Assembly (NCBI GenBank): GCA_963765495.1
Contig: CAVXWP010000004.1
Location: 1-64,000 of the forward strand
Source of the DNA: Blastocatellia bacterium
GTDB lineage: Bacteria; Acidobacteriota; Blastocatellia; UBA7656
Direction of reading: 5' to 3'
DNA length: 64,000 nt
A program made the position numbers and the translations under genes. Position 1 is the first letter of the stretch. Every line of letters begins with the position of its first letter. A model generated the notes under the pieces. The model was not told the origin of the DNA. It worked only from the letters and a program-made list of their open reading frames with translations, and did not search any database. Below are positions 43,874 to 54,126 of the stretch, piece by piece.

Positions 43874-44905
43874 ATGAAGATACCTTCCAGTTCTTCCATA
43901 CTACGGAGCGGCATAGCCCCAATCGCTCTTATCTCAATGATTATTTTGGCGGCCCCTGCTTCCAACCCTCCACTCCAGATGTGGGAACGTCTCAACCACG
44001 GAAACCCTATCATATCCCCAGAGGGCGACGCTTTTGAGTCAGCTGGCGTCTTTAATCCAGCAGTTGTGAAAAAGGATGGCAAGCTCGTAATGCTCTATCG
44101 CGCTCAGGACAAAGGCGGGACTTCGCGCCTCGGCTATGCCGAAAGCACCGACGGAATTCATTTTGTCAGGCGGGCCGGGCCAGTGCTTGTGCCGGAAACC
44201 GATTATGAAAAGGACGGTGGTGTTGAAGATCCTCGGCTGGTAAAAATCGGCGGCACTTACTACCTGACCTATACCGGGTATAACAAGAAGGATGCGCAAC
44301 TCTGTCTGGCTACGTCCAAAGACCTTATTCATTGGGTGCGCAAGGGCATCATCATGCCAGCCTACAAAGGGCGTTGGAACATAGGGTGGCCCAAATCAGG
44401 CGCTATACTTTCTGAGAAGATAAAGAACCGTTACTGGATGTATTTCTTGGGTGATTCTGCAAAGGACGTACACGAAACGGGGGTGGCCTATTCCTATGAT
44501 CTAATTCATTGGACCGAGGCGCTCGACCAGCCACTCGTCAGGCGACGGCCAGGATACTTCGATGCGAAAGTCGTCGAGCCGGGCCCGCCGCCGATAATGA
44601 CCGAGAAAGGCATCCTCTTAATTTATAATGGCGCTGACGAAAATAGTGTCTTTGCAACGGGATGGGTACTATTTGACAGGAATGACCCAACAAGAATAGT
44701 TGCCCGCTCTGATAAGCCGATCTTCACAGCAGAGCAGGAGTGGGAGAAGGTGGGGCAGGTGCCAAATGTCGTATTCGTCGAAGGTGCGGTGCAGGAGGGC
44801 AACCGCTGGCTGTTCTATTATGGTGGTGCCGATAAATACATAGGGGTTGCAGCGACTGAGACGCTTCCACACGTAAAGCCGTCTAATGCTAACTTGAAGA
44901 GATGA
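43874..44905 (+). CDS. glycoside hydrolase family 130 protein
   Basis: VFNPAV, GVEDPR, VEPGPPP, VPNVVF, YYGGAD. Confidence 0.9.
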   Translation: MKIPSSSSILRSGIAPIALISMIILAAPASNPPLQMWERLNHGNPIISPEGDAFESAGVFNPAVVKKDGKLVMLYRAQDKGGTSRLGYAESTDGIHFVRRAGPVLVPETDYEKDGGVEDPRLVKIGGTYYLTYTGYNKKDAQLCLATSKDLIHWVRKGIIMPAYKGRWNIGWPKSGAILSEKIKNRYWMYFLGDSAKDVHETGVAYSYDLIHWTEALDQPLVRRRPGYFDAKVVEPGPPPIMTEKGILLIYNGADENSVFATGWVLFDRNDPTRIVARSDKPIFTAEQEWEKVGQVPNVVFVEGAVQEGNRWLFYYGGADKYIGVAATETLPHVKPSNANLKR

Positions 44906-45018
44906 CCCTCTATGGCAGCCTGTACTGAGTATAGGCCGCCTATCTGTTTCATATGAGGGGCGCGTATTGCATCGCCTCGCGTTCCATCAGTCCACTCAGA
45001 TTTTTCAGAGGAGGTAAC

Positions 45019-45477
45019 ATGAAACTAGCCGAAGCACTTATCCTTAGAGCCGATCATCAAAAACGTATCGAGCAGCTCAAACAGCGACTTTTGAGAAACG
45101 CCAAAATTCAGGAGGGTGACGAACCTGCTGAAAACCCGGGGTTACTCATTGAGGAACTCGAAAAACTTTCTGAAAATCTGCTCCATTTGATCCAGTCCAT
45201 AAACGGCACTAATGCAACCACTCAGCTTGGCGATGGGTTGACTATCTCTGATGCTATCGCTGTCAGAGACGTTATAAGGTTGAAACAGAGCATCTATAGA
45301 GACCTGGCACAGATGGCGACGGTAACTCAAGACCGCTACACCAAGTCGGAGGTAAAATTCAAGAGCACAGTTGAGGTCACTGAAATTCAGAAACGGGCGG
45401 ATGATTTGGCCAGACAGCATCGAGAATTAGACTCTAGAATTCAAGAAGCTAACTGGCGGACAGAACTTGTCGAGTAG
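45019..45477 (+). CDS. DIP1984-family coiled-coil protein
   Basis: MKLAEALILRAD..QEGDEPAENP..IQEANWRTEL; GGAGG RBS. Confidence 0.88.
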   Translation: MKLAEALILRADHQKRIEQLKQRLLRNAKIQEGDEPAENPGLLIEELEKLSENLLHLIQSINGTNATTQLGDGLTISDAIAVRDVIRLKQSIYRDLAQMATVTQDRYTKSEVKFKSTVEVTEIQKRADDLARQHRELDSRIQEANWRTELVE

Positions 45478-45696
45478 TTGAAAGAAGGTAGCAATTCCAG
45501 TGAAGGCGAGCACAACCCTTGCGAGCGAAAGCTGGCATCATGGTAGGCGCGAGGGGCCGTGCCTGTGGGTTCGACCCCCACAATAACAGGGTATGCCCAG
45601 TAAGGTGACAAGCGTACAGTGTAATGAGTATTGTTACTACCGAGTGCTGATTCATTGGGAATGTGAGGGTGGGAAAGGGGACTTTCAGAACTACTC
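45472..45696 (+). ncRNA. putative structured RNA with a tRNA-like T-arm downstream of the DIP1984-like gene
   Basis: Closing stem GAGTAGTT-GAAAG / CTTTC-AG-AACTACTC, nested stems, AGC-GAAA-GCT tetraloop, TGTGGG-TTCGACC-CCCACA. Confidence 0.6.
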
Positions 45697-45724
45697 TATA
45701 GCAACATATCCAGTTCTACCCGTT

Positions 45725-47602
45725 TTATGTCTGCACGCATACGGAATACCCGCAAGTGCAATAAAGGCAACCGCCATTGTGTTGTAAGGTTGATCCGCAG
45801 TCCGGGCAAATGTTTTTCGCAAACAGTTGATTTTCCGGTCGTTGCAATTCACCCTGAGATGCGGCCGTAAGTGTTAACGGCTCGTTGAGGTCGGCAGGGT
45901 GCGTACTCAGCACCTGATTTTCGCGCGAGCCATCACGATAGACAGTTATTCCTTTGCAGCCAAGCTCGTATGCTAAACGGTAAGCTCGCGCCACATCTTC
46001 AGCCTTTGCGTTGTTTGGAAAGTTAATCGTCTTGGAGACTGCTGCGTCAATATGTTTCTGAAAAGCGGCCTGCATACGCACGTGCCACTCGGGAGCAATT
46101 TCGTGCGTTGTCACAAACAACCTTTTCGCCTCTTCGGGGATTTCCGGGATGTTTAGGAGGGAACCTTTTTCCGCTATGCGGTCCATCAGCAACCTGCTAT
46201 AAAAGCCGTGGTCCCGCGCATACCGCTCGAACAATGGGTGCACAAAAAGCATCTGTTCAGATTCAAATGATAACCTGCGGTATGCGACGGAATAGACTGG
46301 CTCGATACCGCTTGAGCAGTTTGCAATCAAGCTGATAGTACCGGTTGGAGCTACAGTCGTGACAGTAGCATTGCGGCGCGGTTTCTGAGAGGGGTTCTTA
46401 TAAATGTTCTCTTGATACCATCGCGGGAAGGGGCCGCGCCTCTTTGCCAGATCAATCGAGGCTCGCGTTGCCTCGCGCGAGATAAAACTCATAACTTTAT
46501 CAGCGGTGCGGACTCCTTCCTCCGAGTTGTAGGCAATGCCGAGATTTATAAGCAGATCGGCCCATCCCATCACTCCAAATCCTATCTTGCGATTAAGCCT
46601 CGTTATCTGTTCGATCTGAGGTATGGGAAACTCGCTTACATCAATAATGTTGTCAAGAAAATGTACGCCTGTCGCGATGACCTCCTTCAATCGCTCATAG
46701 TCCACATCACCATCACGGTGAAATCGAGACAGGTTGATCGAGCCAAGCACACAGGATTCATAAGGCAGCAGCGGTTGTTCACCGCAAGGATTGGTGCTCT
46801 CGATTTGTCCAAGCTCGGGCGTCGGGTTATCGCGATTGATGCGATCAATGAATATCACCCCCGGTTCACCATTGTGCCACGCTAATTGAACTATCTTGTC
46901 GAATACTTTGCGCGCATCCAACTGCCCGGCTACCCGCCCGGTGCGGGGATTAATCAGAGGGTAAGGCTCGCCCGTTTTGACTTTTTCCATGAATGCGTCG
47001 GTCACCGCTACGGAGATGTTGAAGGTATTGAGTTCAAGCGGGTTGGTTTTCGCGGTTATGAATTCTTTAATATCCGGGTGGTCTACGCGCAGTATCGCCA
47101 TGTTAGCACCCGCCCGTTTGCCTCCGAGCTTTGTGACTTCGGTAGCGTAATTGTAAAGGCGCATGAAAGATACCGGACCGCTCGACTGGCCGTGAGTTGA
47201 TTCGATGAGGTCTTCTTTGGGCCGCAGTTGAGAGAAAGAGAATCCCGTTCCGCCGCCGCTCTTTTGAATCAGCGCCGTGTTGGTAAGAGTGCCAAATATG
47301 CCCTCCATCGAATCTTCAATTGGCAACACAAAGCAGGCTGACAATTGAGCGAGGTTGCGACCGGCGTTCATAAGCGTGGGCGAGTTGGGCAGGAATTCAA
47401 GCCGCGTCATCACATCATAGAAAGCCGCTTCCGATCTCTCAACGTCGTCCGGAGTCCCATATTTCAAATCGGCAGATGCGATGCTTCTGGCGACGCGCCG
47501 AAACATCTCTTCCGGTGTTTCACTCACTCGCCCGTCTGAATTACGCGCAAGTATGCGCTTGCGCAAAACGAGCAATGCGTTTTTTGTAAGCTCCAAATTC
47601 AT
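45725..47602 (-). CDS. nrdJ: class II (adenosylcobalamin-dependent) ribonucleotide reductase
   Basis: PNSPTL, SACFV, TNPCGEQPL, APTGT, KGITVYRDGSR, C-terminal zinc ribbon; start MNLEL. Confidence 0.92.
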   Translation of the reverse strand: MNLELTKNALLVLRKRILARNSDGRVSETPEEMFRRVARSIASADLKYGTPDDVERSEAAFYDVMTRLEFLPNSPTLMNAGRNLAQLSACFVLPIEDSMEGIFGTLTNTALIQKSGGGTGFSFSQLRPKEDLIESTHGQSSGPVSFMRLYNYATEVTKLGGKRAGANMAILRVDHPDIKEFITAKTNPLELNTFNISVAVTDAFMEKVKTGEPYPLINPRTGRVAGQLDARKVFDKIVQLAWHNGEPGVIFIDRINRDNPTPELGQIESTNPCGEQPLLPYESCVLGSINLSRFHRDGDVDYERLKEVIATGVHFLDNIIDVSEFPIPQIEQITRLNRKIGFGVMGWADLLINLGIAYNSEEGVRTADKVMSFISREATRASIDLAKRRGPFPRWYQENIYKNPSQKPRRNATVTTVAPTGTISLIANCSSGIEPVYSVAYRRLSFESEQMLFVHPLFERYARDHGFYSRLLMDRIAEKGSLLNIPEIPEEAKRLFVTTHEIAPEWHVRMQAAFQKHIDAAVSKTINFPNNAKAEDVARAYRLAYELGCKGITVYRDGSRENQVLSTHPADLNEPLTLTAASQGELQRPENQLFAKNICPDCGSTLQHNGGCLYCTCGYSVCVQT

Positions 47603-47984
47603 ACCCTCGCTAATATATTTTACATCTTTATCTTCCTGCTCATAAAGATCATCAGCATAACCGGTCAATTCAGATCGTTTGAAACGAGCACGGTAGATAC
47701 CCTGGTTTCCGTTCTTTCGGCAAATTCGCGCTTGACCACCCTTTGATTCTCTCTGAGCGTATCGGTCAGCCATCTTTTGGCATATTACGGGTCTTCCTCA
47801 AAGTTCTTCAGAAAGTAACCGTCAATCAACTTGGCCCGTTCGCTCCCGTAGAGAGAATCGAGAATTGCCCGGCTTGTAATAGAGCGCTTGTTTGTATAAT
47901 TGGCAGTCAGGCCCGCGCCCCTTTGATGCGTCTGGCCTGTTTTGTTTATTTCTGAAATAATCGGAATGAATCGAGGTTATAATT

Positions 47985-48752
47985 ATGGGAATCCCTACTC
48001 AGATTGATGTTCGCGTACTCGCAAAAGACGGCAAGTACCTCGGCGATGACATCGGTGGCGCACTCGTGACTATCTACGATGTCCATACTGGTGAACTCCT
48101 GGCTCGTGGCAATACAGCCGGCGGTTCTGGTCAGCAAGACCTTATGAGTATTTGTCTCAAACGCTCAGAAGTTCTTCCAGTCGATGCGGCCTCTCTTTTT
48201 TCTGCCACTCTTGATTTAGACCAACCACGGCTCATCAAGGTATCTGCCTATGGTCCTTTGGCCGCGCAGCAATCTGCCAATTCCGCCTCTGTTACGCAAT
48301 GGGTCTATCCTGGTAAAGATATCACTGGTGGCAAGAACGGTGGCGGCTTCTTTTTAGAGATACCTGGACTGGTGGTTCAGATACTAAACCCGCCAACTCA
48401 CTTTCTACCTAAAACAGCGCCCCGGCATATCAAAATCAGAGCCAATGTAACAATGATGTGTGGTTGCCCAATTGGCCCGAATCACTCGCCCTGGTTTCCG
48501 GATCAATTTGAGGTGATGGCTGTAATAAAGCAGGGTGAGAATGGATGTACCGAGGTACCTCTGAATTTTGATCAGGATGCTCCTGACGGAGCACCGAGTC
48601 AGTTTGTGGGTAAGTGGCGAGTTCCAAAGAATGGTTCCGGGCAGCCAATGATATACGAGATCACTGTTTTTGCCTTCCAGCAAGAGACGGGCAACACCGG
48701 AGTAGATAAAGCAACCGTGATAATTCCGCCCGGCTCTACAACAACAAAATAA
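47985..48752 (+). CDS. hypothetical protein
   Basis: 255-aa ORF; VRVLAKDGKYLG and MMCGCP motifs. Confidence 0.75.
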   Translation: MGIPTQIDVRVLAKDGKYLGDDIGGALVTIYDVHTGELLARGNTAGGSGQQDLMSICLKRSEVLPVDAASLFSATLDLDQPRLIKVSAYGPLAAQQSANSASVTQWVYPGKDITGGKNGGGFFLEIPGLVVQILNPPTHFLPKTAPRHIKIRANVTMMCGCPIGPNHSPWFPDQFEVMAVIKQGENGCTEVPLNFDQDAPDGAPSQFVGKWRVPKNGSGQPMIYEITVFAFQQETGNTGVDKATVIIPPGSTTTK

Positions 48753-48940
48753 ACACCTTCGAAACTGGGAGGAAAAGTGGGATAGACCACAGGGCCATAC
48801 AATTTGAGCTTTGCGTACTTCGCGTCTTTGCGAGAAATAGGTACTTGCAAAGGCGCAAAGTCGTAAAGTAAGCAAAGAGTTTCCTGAGAATCATAGGTAT
48901 CCTAAATCAAACAGCAAGAGACCGGTTCAGATGAGTTTGA

Positions 48941-49294
48941 ATGAATATCAGGAAGGTCAAACAATCCCTAGCCAACAATAAGCTTCGCATTGTGGAAGCT
49001 GTCTGTCTGATCATCGCTCTTGTCATTGTGATTACGGCAGCCGTCACCATCACCTATCAGAGGTTTACCTTGACGGGAACATACCGCAATGAGTTCTCAG
49101 GAAGAATTATTGATAAAGTGACAAGGTATCACGAATCCGATGAAGGGTCATCAAGGGAGAGGCACCTGATAATTGAAGATAGGGGCGGGAAACGCAGCGA
49201 GGTATACGTTACCGAAGATATTTATGGCAGAGCCAATATTGGGATGTGGATTGAAAAGAGCGACAAAGGAGTGAATTTAGTGCCGCCGAAATGA
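48941..49294 (+). CDS. membrane-anchored hypothetical protein
   Basis: One TM helix followed by a beta-rich domain. Confidence 0.65.
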   Translation: MNIRKVKQSLANNKLRIVEAVCLIIALVIVITAAVTITYQRFTLTGTYRNEFSGRIIDKVTRYHESDEGSSRERHLIIEDRGGKRSEVYVTEDIYGRANIGMWIEKSDKGVNLVPPK

Positions 49295-49370
49295 GTCATC
49301 CTACTTTTCAATGTTTTCAGCAGTTTAGCAATTCATCTAAAACTGATCGGTTACAGGGGAGTTGGATTTT

Positions 49371-49736
49371 ATGCGATTTGCCAAATGGGTTTACCTGATT
49401 TCAGGAATTTATGGGTTAATCGTTTTGACACCCATGTATTTTCTGGAATCCAAGAATGGAATAGACTACCCGCCGGCGATTAATCACCCCGAGTTTTACT
49501 ACGGGTTTATAGGTGTCGCGCTCGCGTGGCAGGTTGGATTTTTGATCATCTCGAAAGACCCGAAGCGATATAGACTGATGATGATAGCGGCTGTGATAGA
49601 GAAATATAGTTATGGCATCGCTGTCTTGATACTCTTTTTGCAAGGTCGCATCGCAAACATGATTCTGGTAACAGGGATGATTGACATCGTCTTAGGAACG
49701 CTCTTCTTCATCTCTTACAAGAGAGTAAGTGAATAA
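49371..49736 (+). CDS. small integral membrane protein
   Basis: About four TM helices, HPEFYYGF. Confidence 0.75.
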   Translation: MRFAKWVYLISGIYGLIVLTPMYFLESKNGIDYPPAINHPEFYYGFIGVALAWQVGFLIISKDPKRYRLMMIAAVIEKYSYGIAVLILFLQGRIANMILVTGMIDIVLGTLFFISYKRVSE

Positions 49737-49791
49737 ATAATATATTGCCCTGCGCTGAAGCTGTCGTCAGACCGACAGGTTGCTGTTTTGC

Positions 49792-49823
49792 TTGACTCTA
49801 TACCTAAGTATAGGATGCAAAAT
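49792..49823 (+). promoter_or_regulatory. MerR-type promoter/operator
   Basis: TTGACT-20 nt-CAAAAT with dyad CTATAC-CTAA-GTATAG in the spacer. Confidence 0.75.
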
Positions 49824-49849
49824 GGTGAAACGGGGTGAAAGGAGGAGGA

Positions 49850-50248
49850 ATGCGTATTGGACAACTTGCCACACTAACCGGCGTCTCTGTTCAGACTATC
49901 CGCTTCTATGAACGTCGCGGGCTCCTGAAAAAAGTCACGCGGCTCGCATCCGGCTACAGGTCCTACTCAGAGGATGACATAAAACAGATTCGCTTTATTA
50001 AGCGATCACAAGAGCTTGGCTACACTCTAGTTGAAATCGCGCGCCTTCTCGATCTAAAGCACGAACCTCCACACAATACGGTGCAGTTGCGAGCGATTGT
50101 TGAGACAAAGCTTCGTCACATCGAAGACAATATTCGCCATTTGCAGCAGATGCGCGAAGAGCTGCTAGCCGTTGCGCAAACTTGTGGCTGTAGCGAGGCA
50201 CAGCCTGTTTGCCACGTCCTTGAACAACTCAATCAGCCTGTAGAGTAG
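49850..50248 (+). CDS. MerR-family heavy-metal-responsive regulator
   Basis: MRIGQLA..TIRFYERRGLL..SGYRSY; C-terminal CGC..C. Confidence 0.92.
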   Translation: MRIGQLATLTGVSVQTIRFYERRGLLKKVTRLASGYRSYSEDDIKQIRFIKRSQELGYTLVEIARLLDLKHEPPHNTVQLRAIVETKLRHIEDNIRHLQQMREELLAVAQTCGCSEAQPVCHVLEQLNQPVE

Positions 50249-50263
50249 ACCCGAGAGGAATAA

Positions 50264-50737
50264 ATGGAGGAACAAATGCTTGATAGAAAATTAATTCGCG
50301 TTGTTATGACAATATCACTGTTGGGATTGAGCCTCTTCACAATTAGACCTCTTCAGGGCAAACCAGTTACAACAACCATAATGATACAAGACCAGGCTAT
50401 GAAAAACGTAAAAGAGAATGCAACTACAGAATCGCCCTTTGCCTGTAATCTCGCAGGGCTAAACTCTGAACAGCGGAAGCTTTATACAGCTTTAGTTAAG
50501 AAGCTCCATAGCAGCATGCAAGAAGTACGGGAACTGGCGGATGGGTACGCCTTCCGTTTTTCACCAGAGGCGACAAATATTAAAGAATTGGCTGAGTTCA
50601 TAACATACGAGAGACTATGTTGCCCATTCTTCGATTTCGATCTGGAGGTAGAAAGAGAAAGCGGTCCGGCGTGGCTGCGACTGAGAGGGCGGGAGGGTGT
50701 CAAAGAATTTATCCGCAGCGAATTTGGCGTGAAATAG
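50264..50737 (+). CDS. MerR-associated Cys-containing protein
   Basis: FACNL..ELADGYAF..ERLCCPFFDF; hydrophobic N-terminus. Confidence 0.75.
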   Translation: MEEQMLDRKLIRVVMTISLLGLSLFTIRPLQGKPVTTTIMIQDQAMKNVKENATTESPFACNLAGLNSEQRKLYTALVKKLHSSMQEVRELADGYAFRFSPEATNIKELAEFITYERLCCPFFDFDLEVERESGPAWLRLRGREGVKEFIRSEFGVK

Positions 50738-50842
50738 TTTAGCCCTCGACCGCAGCGCGTCGACTATGCCCGAGTCAGACTCGCCCAGGAACTGGTCATT
50801 GTATTATCATCTTTCGTCAAGCAGAAGGAGTGAATCTAAGCT

Positions 50843-51187
50843 ATGAACAGAAAGCAGATTTACTTGCTCATTACTGTAATTGGCCTTGTTGCCCCTTACT
50901 ACTTCTTCATCTCATTTCTGGCCGCTCACGGCTTAAATGCAGGGGTATTTCTGCAACAACTCTTCGGCACCCCCATATCAGCATTCTTTGCCGTTGATCT
51001 GATTTTGTCCTGTGTGGTCTTTGTAAGCTTCTTGATTCAAGAAGCGACCCGCTATTCGATCAAGCATCGGTGGATTTATATTCTGGCGCTTCTTACAGTA
51101 GGTCTTTCGTTTGCGTTACCACTCTTTTTATATGTGCGTGAATCCCGGATCGATGCAGGAGCGCGTTCGGCTGGAGTCGCTCTATAA
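50843..51187 (+). CDS. DUF2834-like membrane protein
   Basis: VDL..VGLSFALPLFLYVRE. Confidence 0.75.
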   Translation: MNRKQIYLLITVIGLVAPYYFFISFLAAHGLNAGVFLQQLFGTPISAFFAVDLILSCVVFVSFLIQEATRYSIKHRWIYILALLTVGLSFALPLFLYVRESRIDAGARSAGVAL

Positions 51188-51350
51188 TCCCCCGGAGCGG
51201 GCTTTCAAAGGTTTCAAGCTAAACAGACCGCAAAAGATCGGCGCAAATGAGTTTGAATGAAAGACGGATCGGACAGATCAGACGGATTTTCAATGTTCTG
51301 ACCATATTTGATCGACATTTTGAAGAAAGGAAATTGCACACAGCCAGCAC

Positions 51351-51980
51351 ATGCAACAGCTTGAAACCCTATATCCTGCTATCGTCTTCGATTTCGGTGG
51401 CGTTCTCATAGACTGGAACCCGCGCTACCTCTATCAAAAGTTGTTTAACGATCCCCTTGCCATGGAAGGCTTTCTCACAGAGATCGGCTTTGTCGAGTGG
51501 AACATGCTCCAGGATAAAGGGCGTCCTTTCGCAGAAGCGGTCAGCGAATTATCTGAAAGATTCCCTCATTATGCTGATCTTATAAAAGCTTACAAAGATC
51601 GCTGGGAAGAATCCATTGGTGGCCCTATCCAATCGACTGTGGATTTACTCTACTCATTGAAGCAGGCAGGATATTCACTGTATGGGTTGAGCAACTGGTC
51701 GGCAGAGACGTTCGAGCGTATCCGTAACAAGCACGAATTCTTAAGCTGGTTTGAAGATATTGTGATAAGCGGCGAGGTCAAGATGGTCAAGCCTGACCCG
51801 CGCATCTACAGCGTGTTATTGGAGAGGATAGGTCGGCCAGCACAAGAGTGTCTTTTTATTGATGACTCAGAACCCAACATAGCGGTCGCCCTTGAGTTAG
51901 GGTTCAAGACTATTCGATTTGAGTCAGCACAGCAGTTGGAAGAGACGTTGTACGGTATGGGTCTATTGAAGAGAGATTGA
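51351..51980 (+). CDS. HAD family phosphatase
   Basis: VFDFGGVL, LSN, KPDPRIY, FIDD. Confidence 0.92.
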   Translation: MQQLETLYPAIVFDFGGVLIDWNPRYLYQKLFNDPLAMEGFLTEIGFVEWNMLQDKGRPFAEAVSELSERFPHYADLIKAYKDRWEESIGGPIQSTVDLLYSLKQAGYSLYGLSNWSAETFERIRNKHEFLSWFEDIVISGEVKMVKPDPRIYSVLLERIGRPAQECLFIDDSEPNIAVALELGFKTIRFESAQQLEETLYGMGLLKRD

Positions 51981-52046
51981 GGCGGTCGGGTAGAGAGTCC
52001 GATTACGATCCTTTGCTGCGCGGCGGGACACAGACTGCAAGTATTA

Positions 52047-52235
52047 GATGTAGGCGGGGTTGTTGAGTATTACCCCTCACGCAGAGTTGTTTTTCGGGTT
52101 GATGCCGGAGACACGATCATACGGTACTCGGAGCGTCAATTTTTTATAATTGACATTACCCCGGTACCCGTGACTATTCCCGGAAAAACAGCAAACAATC
52201 TTCAGATTAACGCAGGAATAGGATTTCGGTTTTGA
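52047..52235 (+). pseudogene. C-terminal remnant of an outer-membrane beta-barrel protein
   Basis: DVGGVVEYYPSRRVVFRVDAGDTIIRY..NLQINAGIGFRF*, no start codon. Confidence 0.6.
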
Positions 52236-52784
52236 CTAATTGGCAGACTGCATAAGCAAAATCACAAACATGCAAGAGGCTGAAAGCCTGTCAAACTGAG
52301 CAACCTGTCAGATAAGCTTTCGGGCAATCGGGAGCGAACCCGCTTTTATGGACAACAGGCTTGATGGCACCCGAGGCCTACGTTTTAAGTTCTGCGATTG
52401 ATGGCTGGATTATGAATGAGAGCGGCAACGAAATTCGTATGCGAGCAGCCACAGCTTATAACACTTATCAGAGATGTGGAATTAAAGCGGCGCTTAATTT
52501 ATTTTCTAACACCTGGTAATGTGCAGGACCAATTGATTCTCATGCTAGAGAGGCCCTTTCGGCAAAGCGGGCAAACAAACAGGAGGGCAAGGAGACTGTT
52601 ATTTCCGGTATACTCTCTTCTACCGCAAAATTCTTTGTTAGGCAGAGATCGTCCCTTATTTCATTTACTCGTTTCCGCTCGGGCAGGGCAGCCCGAGCGG
52701 CTGCTCTTACATCTGTAACATTTGCAAATGGTTTTCAGTTCAAGAACCTTTGCTATCATCAATCACTGAGGATAAAGTACAACG

Positions 52785-53624
52785 ATGCTTCGGTTAGCCG
52801 TTAAATTCTTGCCTGTTCTTCTTGTCTCTTTTCTCTTTGCGGGACAAGCATCATTATCTTTTCAACAAGCTAAAGTTTCAATCTCGACTCCCGAAGAGTT
52901 TCAACTGGAATTCACTTCCGTCCCTTGTAAGGATAAAGATCGCCTCGATGCCGTAAAGGCTCTGTTCTTAAAGATGGGGGCCTCAGAATCGGACATTTCT
53001 GTTGAGAAATTCAAGAATGTTGAGAACCTTGTCGTATCCAAACCCGGCCCTTCACAGGAAAGGATTGTCCTCGGCGCTCATTACGATAAGGTTTCTGATG
53101 GGTGCGGCGCTGTTGATAACTGGACAGGCATTGTAACTCTGGCTCATCTCTATAAAACCATCAAAGATACTCCTTTGAATAAGTCCTTTCTTTTTGTCGC
53201 ATTTGGGAAAGAAGAGAAAGGGCTTGTCGGCTCAAACGCAATGGTGGGGGCAATAAAGAAAGAGGACCTGCCACAATACTGCGCCATGATAAACATCGAC
53301 AGCCTCGGTATGGGCGTGCCTCAAGCCGCAGACAATATGTCGAGCAAGAAACTATTGGCGTTGGCCGCCGATCTGGCTAAAGAAGCAGAAATACCCTACG
53401 CGCACGCAAGCATTGCCGGTGCAGATGCAGACTCAAGCTCATTCCTCGATAAGAAGATTCCAGCGATAACGATCCATGGATTGACAAACCAATGGTCTTC
53501 GATTCTGCATAGCAGCAAGGACCAGCCATCGAAGGTAAACGCTGCAAGCGTCTACCTGGGCTATAGACTTGCCCTGTTAATGTTGAGCCGTCTCGACGCT
53601 TCTAGCTGTCACGCATACAACTAG
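52785..53624 (+). CDS. secreted M28 family peptidase
   Basis: GAHYD, GAVDNWTG, EEKGLVGS, NIDSLG, HSSKD. Confidence 0.9.
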   Translation: MLRLAVKFLPVLLVSFLFAGQASLSFQQAKVSISTPEEFQLEFTSVPCKDKDRLDAVKALFLKMGASESDISVEKFKNVENLVVSKPGPSQERIVLGAHYDKVSDGCGAVDNWTGIVTLAHLYKTIKDTPLNKSFLFVAFGKEEKGLVGSNAMVGAIKKEDLPQYCAMINIDSLGMGVPQAADNMSSKKLLALAADLAKEAEIPYAHASIAGADADSSSFLDKKIPAITIHGLTNQWSSILHSSKDQPSKVNAASVYLGYRLALLMLSRLDASSCHAYN

Positions 53625-53763
53625 AGGTAACGGCGTATAATCCGATTGCGTGAGCCATTGTTGCGGCTGCCTGAACACACATCAGTCATTGCCCTTCGGG
53701 CGATCCGGGCAGGGACAAGCCCGCGCCGTGCGAAGCACCGTCTGCGCCAATCGCCCCTACACT

Positions 53764-54126
53764 TCACATGTTATAAGTCTGAAAACTCTTCTCCTTCTCG
53801 GTGAGGCAATCCATGCAGGTAACGGCCTCCGGCTCGGCGTCGAGACGTTCGGGCGAAATCTGCTTGCCGCACTTTATGCATGTTCCGTAGGTACCCTGAT
53901 TTATGCTCTGCAACGCGGCATAGATTTTTTCCAGCCGGTCGCTCATCATATCGGCGACCTCGGCTTCAATATCTGCCGCCTCTCCCATCTGCGGAGCGTT
54001 CGCCGCATTGATCTCCTGCCGGTCAATATCGGCGTTGACCTCGCTCCGGGCCATGTTCATTTCCTGCTCGATTCGATCACGCTCCCTTATCAGCTTCGCT
54101 CTGTATTTCTCTAAATCCAGTGACAT
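53764..54126 (-). CDS. TraR/DksA C4 zinc-finger protein
   Basis: GTYGTCIKCG..ERLDAEP..CMDC. Confidence 0.88.
   Translation of the reverse strand: MSLDLEKYRAKLIRERDRIEQEMNMARSEVNADIDRQEINAANAPQMGEAADIEAEVADMMSDRLEKIYAALQSINQGTYGTCIKCGKQISPERLDAEPEAVTCMDCLTEKEKSFQTYNM

Noticed and set aside
45534-45590. A true tRNA gene at the GGGTTCGACCCC motif
   Set aside because: A T-arm is present but there is no anticodon stem-loop, 7-bp acceptor stem or CCA; treated as part of a larger RNA
47603-47980. Cobalamin riboswitch or NrdR boxes upstream of nrdJ
   Set aside because: No convincing consensus match
52416-52718. 100-aa ORF
   Set aside because: No RBS or recognisable motif; the region looks like decayed sequence
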